IMG/VR virus record: IMGVR_UViG_3300005512_000001
Coordinates: 224,001 to 288,000 of that record
DNA length: 64,000 nt
DNA from: a virus
Taxonomy: Duplodnaviria; Caudoviricetes
Direction: 5' to 3' (one strand)
The notes under the pieces were generated by a model that was not told the DNA's origin, made no database searches, and saw only the letters and a program-made list of their open reading frames with translations. Below, in pieces: positions 20,366 through 29,159 of the stretch. Within the stretch, counting starts at the first letter, position 1. Each line of letters opens with the position of its first letter. Position numbers and translations under genes: made by a program.

Positions 20366-22093
20366 ATGAAACTAGCAATTGAAAATCAAATTCAAGAATT
20401 ACATCAAATAGGGAAAACACAAAAAGAAATGGCCAAAATTTTAAAATGTAGTATTACTACTATACGCAGGAAGATGCGCGAATTGAAATTATATGGGAAA
20501 AGTAAAGGAACTAGAAAGTACAAAATCAATGAAGATGTCTTTAAAATAATTGATACTGAAGAAAAGGCATATTGGTTGGGTTTTCTTTTGGCCGATGGAT
20601 GTATAGCAAAATCTGGTGGTACTAAAAGGGCTATTCGTGTGTTTTTGAAACGTGGTGATATGCCGCATTTAAAAAAGTTGGCGAAATTTTTTAATTATAA
20701 AGGGAAATTCCATCCTGATAATAGAGATAATCATCCTAGGGTTGGAATAGTGTTTAATTCTATAAAATTATGTAGATCCTTAATTAATAGTGGGTGGATG
20801 GAATATAAACAATCTGGGGACTGCTCAATCATCAATACTGTGCCGCCTATTTTATTTAATCATTTTATTAGGGGATATTTTGATGGTGATGGGTGCATAA
20901 GTTATGGTATTCGGAAATCTGTAGATGGTGGTTTGCGTCCGAATAAAGATTGGTATATCAATATAGTATGTAAATATGAAGCTCCTCTGGTTTTGTTTGG
21001 GCAAAAATTAGAACAAGTTTGGGGGGAGATTAAAAAACCATATAGGAGGAAGTCAGTATATTCACTAACCTATAATGGCAATAACAAATTAGTCAATTTC
21101 CTTGATTGGCTTTATAGTGATGCTACTGTATATTTAGATAGAAAATTTGTTAGAAAGTTAGAATTCAGTGATACTAAGATATATTCGTTTAATAATATAT
21201 GGGATTTTGAGTTTATTTATAGCACAAACCATGTAATTAATAGAAAAGATTGTAGTGATATTGTTGATGGTTTTACGGATAGGCTGATTAATTCTGGGTG
21301 GGCAAATCCTACTATCGACGCATCTGATGATTGGGATAAATGTAAATCGATAAACATAGATAGATATATTGTTGATAATCATGTACGTACTGGATTATCT
21401 CCCGGCAATCGAATTATTGAGAAGTTCCAACCATCCATCTGGTATGTCGCTATAAATAATAATACTGCTATTGCTGAATTCACTAACAATAGGAAGATGG
21501 TAAAAAAAGCTGTTAATGCGTTGCTTACTACTCCTAATAAACACATATATCCACGTAGACTTATACGTGAAATGCTGTTCGCCGGATTTACCCGTGCGTC
21601 TCTGACCAGTGTTCCAGTTTTCTTGGCTGCCATCAAATTATTTAAACTTAGTGGTAATTGGTACGACCCATGCGCCGGGTGGGGCAATAGGCTTATCGCA
21701 TCATATTTGGCCGGGATTGATTATGAATGCACAGACCCAGGTGTAAGTTATGATGGACTGGTCAAAATAGCTGAAGAATTCAATATCAATGCCACGATCA
21801 ATAATAATAAGTGGCAAGACCACGCACCAAAAAATTATGATTTTATGCTTACTTCTCCGCCATTTTGGAATAAGGAAAACTATTTAGATGGTGTTGATTA
21901 TGGCCTATTTGATAAATGGTACAAAGATTTCATTGTGGGCTTGATAGAATCTTCATGTGGTCGTACAATCCTTCATGTAGATAATCGCATTAAAAACAAG
22001 TTGGTAGATGATTTTGATGTCAGCATCACTGATGTTGCCTCCATCAATAGAAGTAAAGCTCCTACAGAATTTTTTGTGGAGATATTTAAATAA
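20366..22093 (+). CDS. HTH + LAGLIDADG homing endonuclease + amino-methyltransferase-like fusion
   Basis: YWLGFLLADGCI, HFIRGYFDGDGCI; C-term YDPCAGWGNRL (SAM-binding) and TSPPF (motif IV). ATG 20366 with AGGA preferred over TTG 20258. Confidence 0.8.
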   Translation: MKLAIENQIQELHQIGKTQKEMAKILKCSITTIRRKMRELKLYGKSKGTRKYKINEDVFKIIDTEEKAYWLGFLLADGCIAKSGGTKRAIRVFLKRGDMPHLKKLAKFFNYKGKFHPDNRDNHPRVGIVFNSIKLCRSLINSGWMEYKQSGDCSIINTVPPILFNHFIRGYFDGDGCISYGIRKSVDGGLRPNKDWYINIVCKYEAPLVLFGQKLEQVWGEIKKPYRRKSVYSLTYNGNNKLVNFLDWLYSDATVYLDRKFVRKLEFSDTKIYSFNNIWDFEFIYSTNHVINRKDCSDIVDGFTDRLINSGWANPTIDASDDWDKCKSINIDRYIVDNHVRTGLSPGNRIIEKFQPSIWYVAINNNTAIAEFTNNRKMVKKAVNALLTTPNKHIYPRRLIREMLFAGFTRASLTSVPVFLAAIKLFKLSGNWYDPCAGWGNRLIASYLAGIDYECTDPGVSYDGLVKIAEEFNINATINNNKWQDHAPKNYDFMLTSPPFWNKENYLDGVDYGLFDKWYKDFIVGLIESSCGRTILHVDNRIKNKLVDDFDVSITDVASINRSKAPTEFFVEIFK

Positions 22094-22404
22094 CTTAATC
22101 ACTATATAATTTCTAAAAGCGATCGCCGAAAGCACTAATAAGCATGAGGCCGCTAGAACAAGTCCCTGATGATGAGAGTCAACTTTTGAGCCTATATTGA
22201 TATTTAAATGATTGCTAGTCCCTGGCGATTTTACCGACGCTATTATCAACGAGAGGTCTTTACTACGGTGTCGTTACTGTGACTTATAAATCCTATTTAT
22301 GGATTTATGAATATAAAATGAGACTAAAACTTGTAGACACTGCAACCAGGACAAGCCATTAGATAGGTTCTATAAAGGCAAAGCCAAATGCAAGGATTGT
22401 TTGG

Positions 22405-22833
22405 CTATTGACATGCATTCACATCAAAGTTGCCCAGCAAGTTTTTGCACATTGCCACTTCTATCTCATTGATATTGGCTCTATTGCCAAGATGTGGGCG
22501 GTCAACACCAAATACAATACCAAACGCTGAAATTTCTTCTCGAACTGCAGGGTTATAATCTTCTAGCACTCTCCAAAAATGTTTGCAGTCACGCGTAATG
22601 TAGTGATTATCATCATTAAATTGCACATAGATTAAAAAATACAATTCTGCACCGTCTGGCTCAGCAACATCGTCTGACAATACGTAATAATCATTTGTGC
22701 CACTATCTATCAGGCGTACGAGCCCTAATACTTTGCCATATGAGGATAGGTCATGGGATATTGTTAATGGTCGAACGTGGTTAGGCATTCGCGTGAGCTT
22801 CTTGCCAGTTATTGGTCCATAATTGCTATTCAC
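22405..22833 (-). CDS. Paralog family B hypothetical protein
   Basis: VLGLVRLI..LSDDVAEPDGAELYFLI..YITRD..FW; similar to 23451..23894. Confidence 0.65.
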   Translation of the reverse strand: MNSNYGPITGKKLTRMPNHVRPLTISHDLSSYGKVLGLVRLIDSGTNDYYVLSDDVAEPDGAELYFLIYVQFNDDNHYITRDCKHFWRVLEDYNPAVREEISAFGIVFGVDRPHLGNRANINEIEVAMCKNLLGNFDVNACQ

Positions 22834-23137
22834 CAGGCACCACCAATCTTTCCACCATATCGAGCAAATCTTGACAGTTCACTGCGTTTGAACAATGTAT
22901 GTGTAGCTTGTTCTTAAGCTCTAGCATACTTTTGAAATATAATGCCATAGATGAGGCGGCATTAAATATAAGTACTATTTGGAAGTGAACTTTAGAAGCT
23001 GGGTCAGAAATTTCCCCATATGATACTATAGATAAATTAAACGAAGAAATCGAAGAATTTCTATATTCTGCACCTGGTAGGCATGCCCAACCTTCTGTTA
23101 GGCTGATTCTATTTAAGAATTTTCTCAATTTTGGCAC
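22826..23137 (-). CDS. Paralog family A hypothetical protein
   Basis: SSFNLSIVSYGEISDPASKVHF. Confidence 0.65.
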   Translation of the reverse strand: MPKLRKFLNRISLTEGWACLPGAEYRNSSISSFNLSIVSYGEISDPASKVHFQIVLIFNAASSMALYFKSMLELKNKLHIHCSNAVNCQDLLDMVERLVVPGE

Positions 23138-23139
23138 AC

Positions 23140-23460
23140 TTATGCTTGCAAGAAATTATCAATTTCACTTTGTACTGCATCAAGAAGTATTTGTAAATTA
23201 GCTATATCGCCATGGCGGTCTAATATCAATAATTTAAGCATATCTAGACAGCTAAATTGGAATATCGATGAAGAAACGTTTCGCTGGCTCTCGTTCCATG
23301 CATGAATCACTATTCCAAAAAGCACTTCAGAAGATGGGTCTGCTATTTCGCCATTTGCCACCATATATAATCCAAATGAAGAAATACAGCTATCAAAGTG
23401 GCCGTCAACAGGAGTTACCGGTAGTTGAACATGACCAGATATGGCCTGTTTTATTTGCAT
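23140..23460 (-). CDS. Paralog family A hypothetical protein
   Basis: SSFGLYMVANGEIADPSSEVLF. Confidence 0.65.
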   Translation of the reverse strand: MQIKQAISGHVQLPVTPVDGHFDSCISSFGLYMVANGEIADPSSEVLFGIVIHAWNESQRNVSSSIFQFSCLDMLKLLILDRHGDIANLQILLDAVQSEIDNFLQA

Positions 23461-23894
23461 TTAATTGATTCAACTCCGTTGCAGTATCTCTTGATGGCTG
23501 CTTTACAAGCCTCAATCTCTGGCGTCATAATAATAGAACGCATTATGATTGACCGTCTCCATCCATAAGCAAGCGGTATATTGCGGTCATCATCAATTAG
23601 CGAGGCTGGCGTACCTATGCTAACACCCCAGAATCTACTCCCATCTGTAATATAATCGTGGCTATTATCGTAAGGACATGCATCTTGCCATACTTCTATA
23701 AGAAAATACAGCTTAGAACCATCTGGGTTTAATAAATCCTCAGAAAGAAAATATGAATCATCTCCCGGCTCTGCTGTGTTATTCCCATCCATCACAATAC
23801 GAACAGGCCCCACAACACGCGCTGTTATAGCATCGATTTCAGATGGTGGCACATCGTCTGGGATTTGTTTTAGCGGTTGTGTGTCCATTCGCAT
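23451..23894 (-). CDS. Paralog family B hypothetical protein
   Basis: VVGPVRIV..LSEDLLNPDGSKLYFLIEV..YITDGSRFW. Confidence 0.65.
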   Translation of the reverse strand: MRMDTQPLKQIPDDVPPSEIDAITARVVGPVRIVMDGNNTAEPGDDSYFLSEDLLNPDGSKLYFLIEVWQDACPYDNSHDYITDGSRFWGVSIGTPASLIDDDRNIPLAYGWRRSIIMRSIIMTPEIEACKAAIKRYCNGVESIKCK

Positions 23895-24001
23895 ACTCCG
23901 TTAGTAATTTCTTAGCATATTGCATATGCTTGGTGCACTATGGTTTGCATGATGCATATGCTCATATGCTCTTATTTGCTTTCCCAAATAAGAGGGTACT
24001 T

Positions 24002-24274
24002 TCATATTTCTAAAGTCCTACCAGTATCCTTTGAGCCTGGTAAAGGTGGAGATAAGCTTGAAGGCTGTTGGCTCGGAGTAGGTTCCTCTATTGCATCTTG
24101 GTACCGGTTATATAAAAATGCCCCAGCAAACAATATCGGGGCCACAATAGCCAATATATAGCCCCCGCCATCTTCGCCCATGAACACCATACACAGACCG
24201 ATAAGCATAGGCAGTAATGACCCAAGCATTAGTAAAAAACCAAAAATGCCTAGCGTGATGTGTAGCAGCCGCAT
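24002..24274 (-). CDS. Small membrane protein (2 TM)
   Basis: Two hydrophobic segments followed by a polar tail. Confidence 0.6.
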   Translation of the reverse strand: MRLLHITLGIFGFLLMLGSLLPMLIGLCMVFMGEDGGGYILAIVAPILFAGAFLYNRYQDAIEEPTPSQQPSSLSPPLPGSKDTGRTLEI

Positions 24275-24303
24275 GCATGTTGGTATAATTGTGCGGGCGT
24301 ATC

Positions 24304-24350
24304 AGAAATTAGGCAGTTGCTGTATTCTTAGTAGCAACTGCCTAATTTCT
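24304..24350. terminator. 18-bp perfect hairpin
   Basis: AGAAATTAGGCAGTTGCT-11nt-AGCAACTGCCTAATTTCT. Confidence 0.7.
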
Positions 24351-24357
24351 TAATTTC

Positions 24358-24573
24358 CTAGCTCTTCTTTTTCAGACCACCACGTCCTTGCTCGTTGCGG
24401 ATATCTAGATACTCATCACACAAACCGTAAGCATTCCATAACGCTTTTTTCATGCTACGAAGAGCTTTTTGGTTCTGATTCCTGCATAATGCAGCTGTGA
24501 TTTTCTCAACAGCGCGTTGAATTTCTTGAAATTTGTCGTCTTGTTCTTCACTACCTATTACTGGCTTTGCCAT
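24358..24573 (-). CDS. Hypothetical protein
   Basis: 71-aa ORF co-oriented with its neighbours. Confidence 0.55.
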   Translation of the reverse strand: MAKPVIGSEEQDDKFQEIQRAVEKITAALCRNQNQKALRSMKKALWNAYGLCDEYLDIRNEQGRGGLKKKS

Positions 24574-24591
24574 AATGATTCTTTCTATTAG

Positions 24592-24987
24592 TTATGATAT
24601 CAAATTGGGCTTGGAAAGTCTTCTCTCTAGTTCATCTAAATGATTCTTTACACGCTTAGCGATGCCGTCCCGAGTATGTGTGCATTGGGCCATTATAATC
24701 CTAGCAAGGGTGTCTAATTCATCAGAATTGAAAGTTGCAAGCTTCTCGATGAGATTAGTACATGCTTCTTCTTTTTCAACAAAAGCCTGAACCCTATCAA
24801 GAACAACCTGCTTTTTCTCGGCTTCAGTCTTTTTGCCGCCAAAATCAGTCCTAATACTCATCTTCAATTGATGGATGACCTTACTGTTTGACCAAGTGCT
24901 ACGTTCTTCTAGCGTGGCGGCCTCACCGGTACGGCGGGTGGTTGGCTTGGTTTTTGCGCGTTTGAATTTAAATCCTAATGTGCTCAT
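24592..24987 (-). CDS. Hypothetical protein
   Basis: Start MSTLG chosen from the upstream AGGAAGGA SD. Confidence 0.55.
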   Translation of the reverse strand: MSTLGFKFKRAKTKPTTRRTGEAATLEERSTWSNSKVIHQLKMSIRTDFGGKKTEAEKKQVVLDRVQAFVEKEEACTNLIEKLATFNSDELDTLARIIMAQCTHTRDGIAKRVKNHLDELERRLSKPNLIS

Positions 24988-25145
24988 TTTCTGTCCTTCC
25001 TGGCCTCTGTGAGGCTCGTTTTGTATGAGTCTTAAATACAAAACGAGCCTCATATATTATTCTCAGTTTATAGGGCTATAGACGGCGGGGTGTCTAATTT
25101 CTCGGACATATCGCTTGAGACAAAACCACACGGAACATAATAATA

Positions 25146-25457
25146 ATGAATATTAGTGACGCCCCTAAATTTCTGCCGCGTACTGAATTAAATGTCCGAC
25201 GTGAATTTGTGGTCAGGTCATTTCATATAGAACTAATTGCCGATGGCGACATATGTAATCCATCTAGCACTCCCGCTTTTTCTGTGGAGGCAGTTTGTTA
25301 TATGTATGGTAAGCAATATTTTAGTTATTGTGCGGCTATTATAGACTTAGACGATTTGGATGATTATATGATTATAAACAATGCTAGATGCATAAATTTC
25401 CAAGAGTTTAAAAATGCTGTTGAATCAGAGATTAAGAAATTTATATCGGGGTTGTAA
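25146..25457 (+). CDS. Paralog family A hypothetical protein
   Basis: RSFHIELIADGDICNPSSTPAF. Confidence 0.65.
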   Translation: MNISDAPKFLPRTELNVRREFVVRSFHIELIADGDICNPSSTPAFSVEAVCYMYGKQYFSYCAAIIDLDDLDDYMIINNARCINFQEFKNAVESEIKKFISGL

Positions 25458-25771
25458 TGGGTGTTATATCTATCGCATGCGCTGTTGATGTCCCAGTTTG
25501 TATGCCGCAATTTGAACACCACATGTTAGTGATTGACTATTATCATTTGTGGCTTATATCCAATGAATCCACAGAAAATCCTGACTCAATTCCCTACTTT
25601 ATGATTGTTGTATGTTACTATTCTGTGGTTGGTGGCGTTAGGAGAACGCTTCAGTCGCCCCTATTTCGATTTGATGATATTAGTGTCTTGCAAGAGGAAT
25701 TTTCTGAACATGCGAATGTAACTGAGCTAATTGACTCAGTTGGGAACCTAGTTGGGAACCTCATTGATTAG
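25457..25771 (+). CDS. Paralog family A hypothetical protein
   Basis: DYYHLWLISNESTENPDSIPYF; TAATG coupling to the upstream gene. Confidence 0.6.
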   Translation: MGVISIACAVDVPVCMPQFEHHMLVIDYYHLWLISNESTENPDSIPYFMIVVCYYSVVGGVRRTLQSPLFRFDDISVLQEEFSEHANVTELIDSVGNLVGNLID

Positions 25772-25785
25772 TCAAAAATATAGGT

Positions 25786-26028
25786 ATGAAGATTGATATA
25801 TTATTTGAAAATGAGTCAGCACGCAGAGAGGAAGCTCTTGTCAAAAATGCTGTGCAGGCTACAAAAGAAGACATTGGACATAGTTTGAAGCACTACGTCA
25901 CCGCATATAATTATTGGGTAAATAATAAAGATGAAGTTCCAGACCAAATATCACAATTAAGCGGCATATTACGCGGCATATTAATTACCTTACACCAAGC
26001 TGACGTGCCCATCGATATCATAATATGA
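25786..26028 (+). CDS. Small protein with capsid-targeting-like N-terminus
   Basis: MKIDILFE; TCAAAAATA 5 nt upstream. Confidence 0.6.
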   Translation: MKIDILFENESARREEALVKNAVQATKEDIGHSLKHYVTAYNYWVNNKDEVPDQISQLSGILRGILITLHQADVPIDIII

Positions 26029-26042
26029 TGTATTTGTAGTGG

Positions 26043-26453
26043 ATGAGAGAGTTCGACTACATCCAAAAAGACACGTCTTTTACGAGTGGCGATTGCTTCA
26101 AAACTTGTGTTGCTTATTTGCTTGGTATCAATCCAGATATAGTCCCGAACTTCTGTGCCATGGAAGGTGATTGGATTCAACATCTCCAAGCCTGGTTAGA
26201 ACCGCGCGGTCTGATGTATCTTGAACTCGATTGTGATAAGAATGATATGCTTGATTGTCATGCTTTAATTGACGGCACACTGTGTATATTGACGGGCCAT
26301 AGTCCCCGGAATCCAGAGAAGTTCCATTGCATCATTGGTAAATATGTGTTGAAGGACAATGAGCAGCAGATGAAATATATCCATGACCCGCATCCAGATG
26401 GAACATGGATTACAGATTTTAAGCATTATGCTTTTATCATGAGAAGATTGTAA
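26043..26453 (+). CDS. Papain-fold (C39/transglutaminase-like) protein
   Basis: GDCFKTCVAYLLG..HCIIG..IHDPHP, a Cys-His-Asp pattern. Confidence 0.55.
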   Translation: MREFDYIQKDTSFTSGDCFKTCVAYLLGINPDIVPNFCAMEGDWIQHLQAWLEPRGLMYLELDCDKNDMLDCHALIDGTLCILTGHSPRNPEKFHCIIGKYVLKDNEQQMKYIHDPHPDGTWITDFKHYAFIMRRL

Positions 26454-26455
26454 TA

Positions 26456-26770
26456 ATGCGTGATGTGCAATATATAGCTAATGAAGTGATTCCATTCCAA
26501 TGGAAAAGCCACAGTGCTTCTGAATTAAATATTTCGGGGTTTCATATATGTTTAATAGCAGACGGAGAATTGTGCGACCCGTCTGTGGTGCCTACATTGT
26601 GTGTAATTCTATATCACCGCATTGGGTTTCAACAAGCAGGCATGTTAATGCACAACATCTCTGAGATGGTTGAGTTAAACCAATCACCACTGAGAAGAGC
26701 TGAAAATTGGGGTGAGTGTGTAAAACTGATAAACCAAGCAATAGTATCATATGCAAACACGTTTCAATAA
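26456..26770 (+). CDS. Paralog family A hypothetical protein
   Basis: SGFHICLIADGELCDPSVVPTL. Confidence 0.65.
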   Translation: MRDVQYIANEVIPFQWKSHSASELNISGFHICLIADGELCDPSVVPTLCVILYHRIGFQQAGMLMHNISEMVELNQSPLRRAENWGECVKLINQAIVSYANTFQ

Positions 26771-26791
26771 TATTTGGTGTATTTTATTGTC

Positions 26792-27073
26792 ATGGTAAAA
26801 CTACTAAAATTAACGACGGGCGAGCTGGTTGTCGCAGAAACAGAAAATCTTGGGTCGGTCTATAAGCTAAAGAATGCGGTGCAGCTTGTCGGCCATGGAG
26901 AGGGTGTGGCTGTGGTGCCGATGTGCCCGTTTTCTGATGGTGATTATATTGAGATAGATAAACTGCATGTTATCTATACGACTAAGCCAAGTGAAGATGT
27001 TTTGAACCCATATAATATGCAATATGGTAGTGGCATTATTACACACGCACCAGCCAATATATTGCAAGAATAA
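26792..27073 (+). CDS. Small Sm/SH3-like protein of the kind common in T4-like phages
   Basis: VKLLKLTTGELVVA..LKNAV..Y...YGSGII; ATG 26792. Confidence 0.5.
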   Translation: MVKLLKLTTGELVVAETENLGSVYKLKNAVQLVGHGEGVAVVPMCPFSDGDYIEIDKLHVIYTTKPSEDVLNPYNMQYGSGIITHAPANILQE

Positions 27074-27137
27074 TATTGACATTTCTGAGATTTTGCTCAT
27101 AGAACTCGCAATTTCATATTGATTTCAAAGATATAAT

Positions 27138-27512
27138 ATGAAATTGCGAGTTCTATATGAGAATCAGATTATCCCATCCTTAGCTGATTTATATCGACTA
27201 AAACCATTAATAGCCGCTGAGGCACAAAGGCTCTATGACGAATGGGAGCAAGGGGAAGATTGTGGTGGCATATGCGATGTTATCGCATATGCCATTATGG
27301 GCGTAGTGGTTGACCATTTCGACATCAATATAGATATGGGTGGGCAAGATGGTGACGACCATGCGTTTGTTGTTATTCGAGACGACAATGAGATGCCAGT
27401 CGCAGGAATAGATATTCCACATCATATCTATGAGAGAGGTGGTGGGTATTGTTGGACTAAAATAGAAGGTGTCCGGTTTGTGCCTGATGATGTGGTAATT
27501 TGGGAATACTAA
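27138..27512 (+). CDS. Protein with capsid-targeting-like N-terminus and putative Cys-His-Asp triad
   Basis: MKLRVLYE; GGICDVIA..HAFVV..IDIP. Confidence 0.55.
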   Translation: MKLRVLYENQIIPSLADLYRLKPLIAAEAQRLYDEWEQGEDCGGICDVIAYAIMGVVVDHFDINIDMGGQDGDDHAFVVIRDDNEMPVAGIDIPHHIYERGGGYCWTKIEGVRFVPDDVVIWEY

Positions 27513-27527
27513 TTAAGAGAGGTTCCA

Positions 27528-27905
27528 ATGTTTGAATTTAGAATAATAGCATCGGCTTTAGCTAGGCGAACTAAAGATAGTGAATTAGACGAATCTACTG
27601 ATTTAGATATTGCTCAATCTAGCCATGCTCTGAAGGTTCTCCGGGAGATTGCTGAGGAACAGCCGGATGCAGTATTAAAAGCCCTAAAATTATATAAATA
27701 CCAACCTATAACAGAGTCTTCATCTTCCGTACATACTCGCAACCCGATATTGAAACGCAAACCCAAACGTGCTAAAAAATCTAATCGCACCAACCGCACC
27801 AACCGCACCAACCGCAACCGCACCAACCGCACCAATAGGGCGCAACGCAGATTATTACGCGGTATGACATTAAGCACAGCTTATTTTCGCAGGCATCAAC
27901 AATAA
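27528..27905 (+). CDS. Basic hypothetical protein with NRT repeats
   Basis: GAGG SD; (AACCGCACC)n at 27783-27836. Confidence 0.55.
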   Translation: MFEFRIIASALARRTKDSELDESTDLDIAQSSHALKVLREIAEEQPDAVLKALKLYKYQPITESSSSVHTRNPILKRKPKRAKKSNRTNRTNRTNRNRTNRTNRAQRRLLRGMTLSTAYFRRHQQ

Positions 27906-27981
27906 TATCACATAGGCCCGCTGTATTTAATCTGGGACAAGCCACTAAGAGCAAGAATCAGATTAAGGTTAGGAGCCTATC

Positions 27982-28713
27982 ATGCCGAAGTTATGCCAAA
28001 TCATCGCCGTCGCAACTGGCCGCAAGTCCGTCGTTCAAAAAGAGGTTACCAAGCAGCATCAGATGCTGCAAAAGCCAGCACTGCTTGATGGCATTTCGCG
28101 AACTTACACGCCTTCTGATGCAGAGGGAGAGACTTTACCTGCCGAATCGAAAAAGGTTCAGTTGAATGTTAACGATGCTATAAAGGCCGCAGCCGCTGCT
28201 TGGACCAGTATTTTTGATGTGGTCGCGACTCAAGATGCGGCGAATTGTAAGGCTTCCGCAGATGTGATTGTGGGTGGTTTTACAATTATTGAGAATGTGC
28301 CTGTTACACACTTGCTGTTCCTAGAGAAGCAGCTAGTTGATATTCATACTTTCATCGATAAACTTCCGACTCTTGATGCAGCACAAGATTGGACATATGA
28401 CGAGAACAAGGGCTGTTTCAAGACTGAGCCGACTGAGCAGATTAAGACCAAGAAGCATCAAAAGCCGGTGGTTATGTATGAAGCTACGAAGGAACATCCA
28501 GCCCAGGTCCAATTGGTAGGCGAAGATATTACTGTTGGAAAATGGACTACGGTCTATTTCTCTGGTGCGATTCCGGCCGACAAGAAGCGAGCTATGTTGG
28601 AGAAGGTACAAAAGTTGCAAGATGCTGTGAAGTTTGCCCGCGAACAAGCAAATACTATAGATGTTGAAGATGTCAAAGAAGGAGAGCAAATTTTTGAGTT
28701 TATAACCGCTTAG
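27982..28713 (+). CDS. Uncharacterised helical 243-aa protein; putative partner of the downstream ncRNA
   Basis: AGGAG SD; MPKLCQIIAV..GISRTYTP..VPVTHLLFLEKQL..YEATKEHPAQV..SGAIP..AVKFAREQAN. The stop codon sits in hairpin AACCGC-ttag-GCGGTT, abutting the RNA. Confidence 0.8.
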   Translation: MPKLCQIIAVATGRKSVVQKEVTKQHQMLQKPALLDGISRTYTPSDAEGETLPAESKKVQLNVNDAIKAAAAAWTSIFDVVATQDAANCKASADVIVGGFTIIENVPVTHLLFLEKQLVDIHTFIDKLPTLDAAQDWTYDENKGCFKTEPTEQIKTKKHQKPVVMYEATKEHPAQVQLVGEDITVGKWTTVYFSGAIPADKKRAMLEKVQKLQDAVKFAREQANTIDVEDVKEGEQIFEFITA

Positions 28714-28716
28714 GCG

Positions 28717-29155
28717 GTTTGTGATATTGGAGCGTAAGTTTAAATTTAAACTTAGATTTAAACAAAACTCCTGTGCAGGTTCGAATCCTGCCCCCGCTGT
28801 TGATGCTGTAACAACCTACTTAGCGGGGTGGCGGAATGGCAGACGCGCGGCTCCCTTATCAAGGGTCGTAGGAGTTTATTAAGTTCAAGCTATCGCTCCA
28901 GGTTTAGCAACTGTGCTGGCCATTAAATCGAGTTCTGGAGAAAACTAACTGCTTGTGTGCTTGTTCAAATCAAGCCCCTCGCGTTTCGACGCACCCAACA
29001 ACCCTGCGAGGGTAGCTCAATGGTAGAGCGTGGCAGTCTAAAACTGAAACTCCAGATTAAACGGAATCGTTAATGGTTCGAGACAGGCACTGGTAGACAT
29101 TACTATAATGATCACCAACATCGCTCCCCAGCGGGAAGGCTACGCGCTGGGGAGC
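28717..29155 (+). ncRNA. Structured ncRNA with two circularly permuted tRNA-like domains
   Basis: Domain 1: T-arm GCAGG-TTCGAAT-CCTGC 28775-91, acceptor CCCCGCT/AGCGGGG, D-arm GCG-GAATGGCAGA-CGC. Domain 2: T-arm GCTTG-TTCAAAT-CAAGC 28959-75, acceptor CCCTCGC/GCGAGGG, D-arm GCTC-AATGGTA-GAGC. Nested long-range stems; no ORF. Confidence 0.85.
29123..29155 (+). terminator. GC-rich 3' hairpin of the ncRNA
   Basis: GCTCCCCAGCG / CGCTGGGGAGC (11 bp), followed by CACTTTAT. Confidence 0.65.
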
Positions 29156-29159
29156 CACT

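Noticed and set aside
28822-28982. Conventional or intron-containing tRNA made from the 5' half at 28822 and the T-arm at 28959
   Set aside because: AGCGGGG does not pair in register with CCCTCGC, whereas each permuted pairing gives a perfect 7-bp stem; there is no CCA
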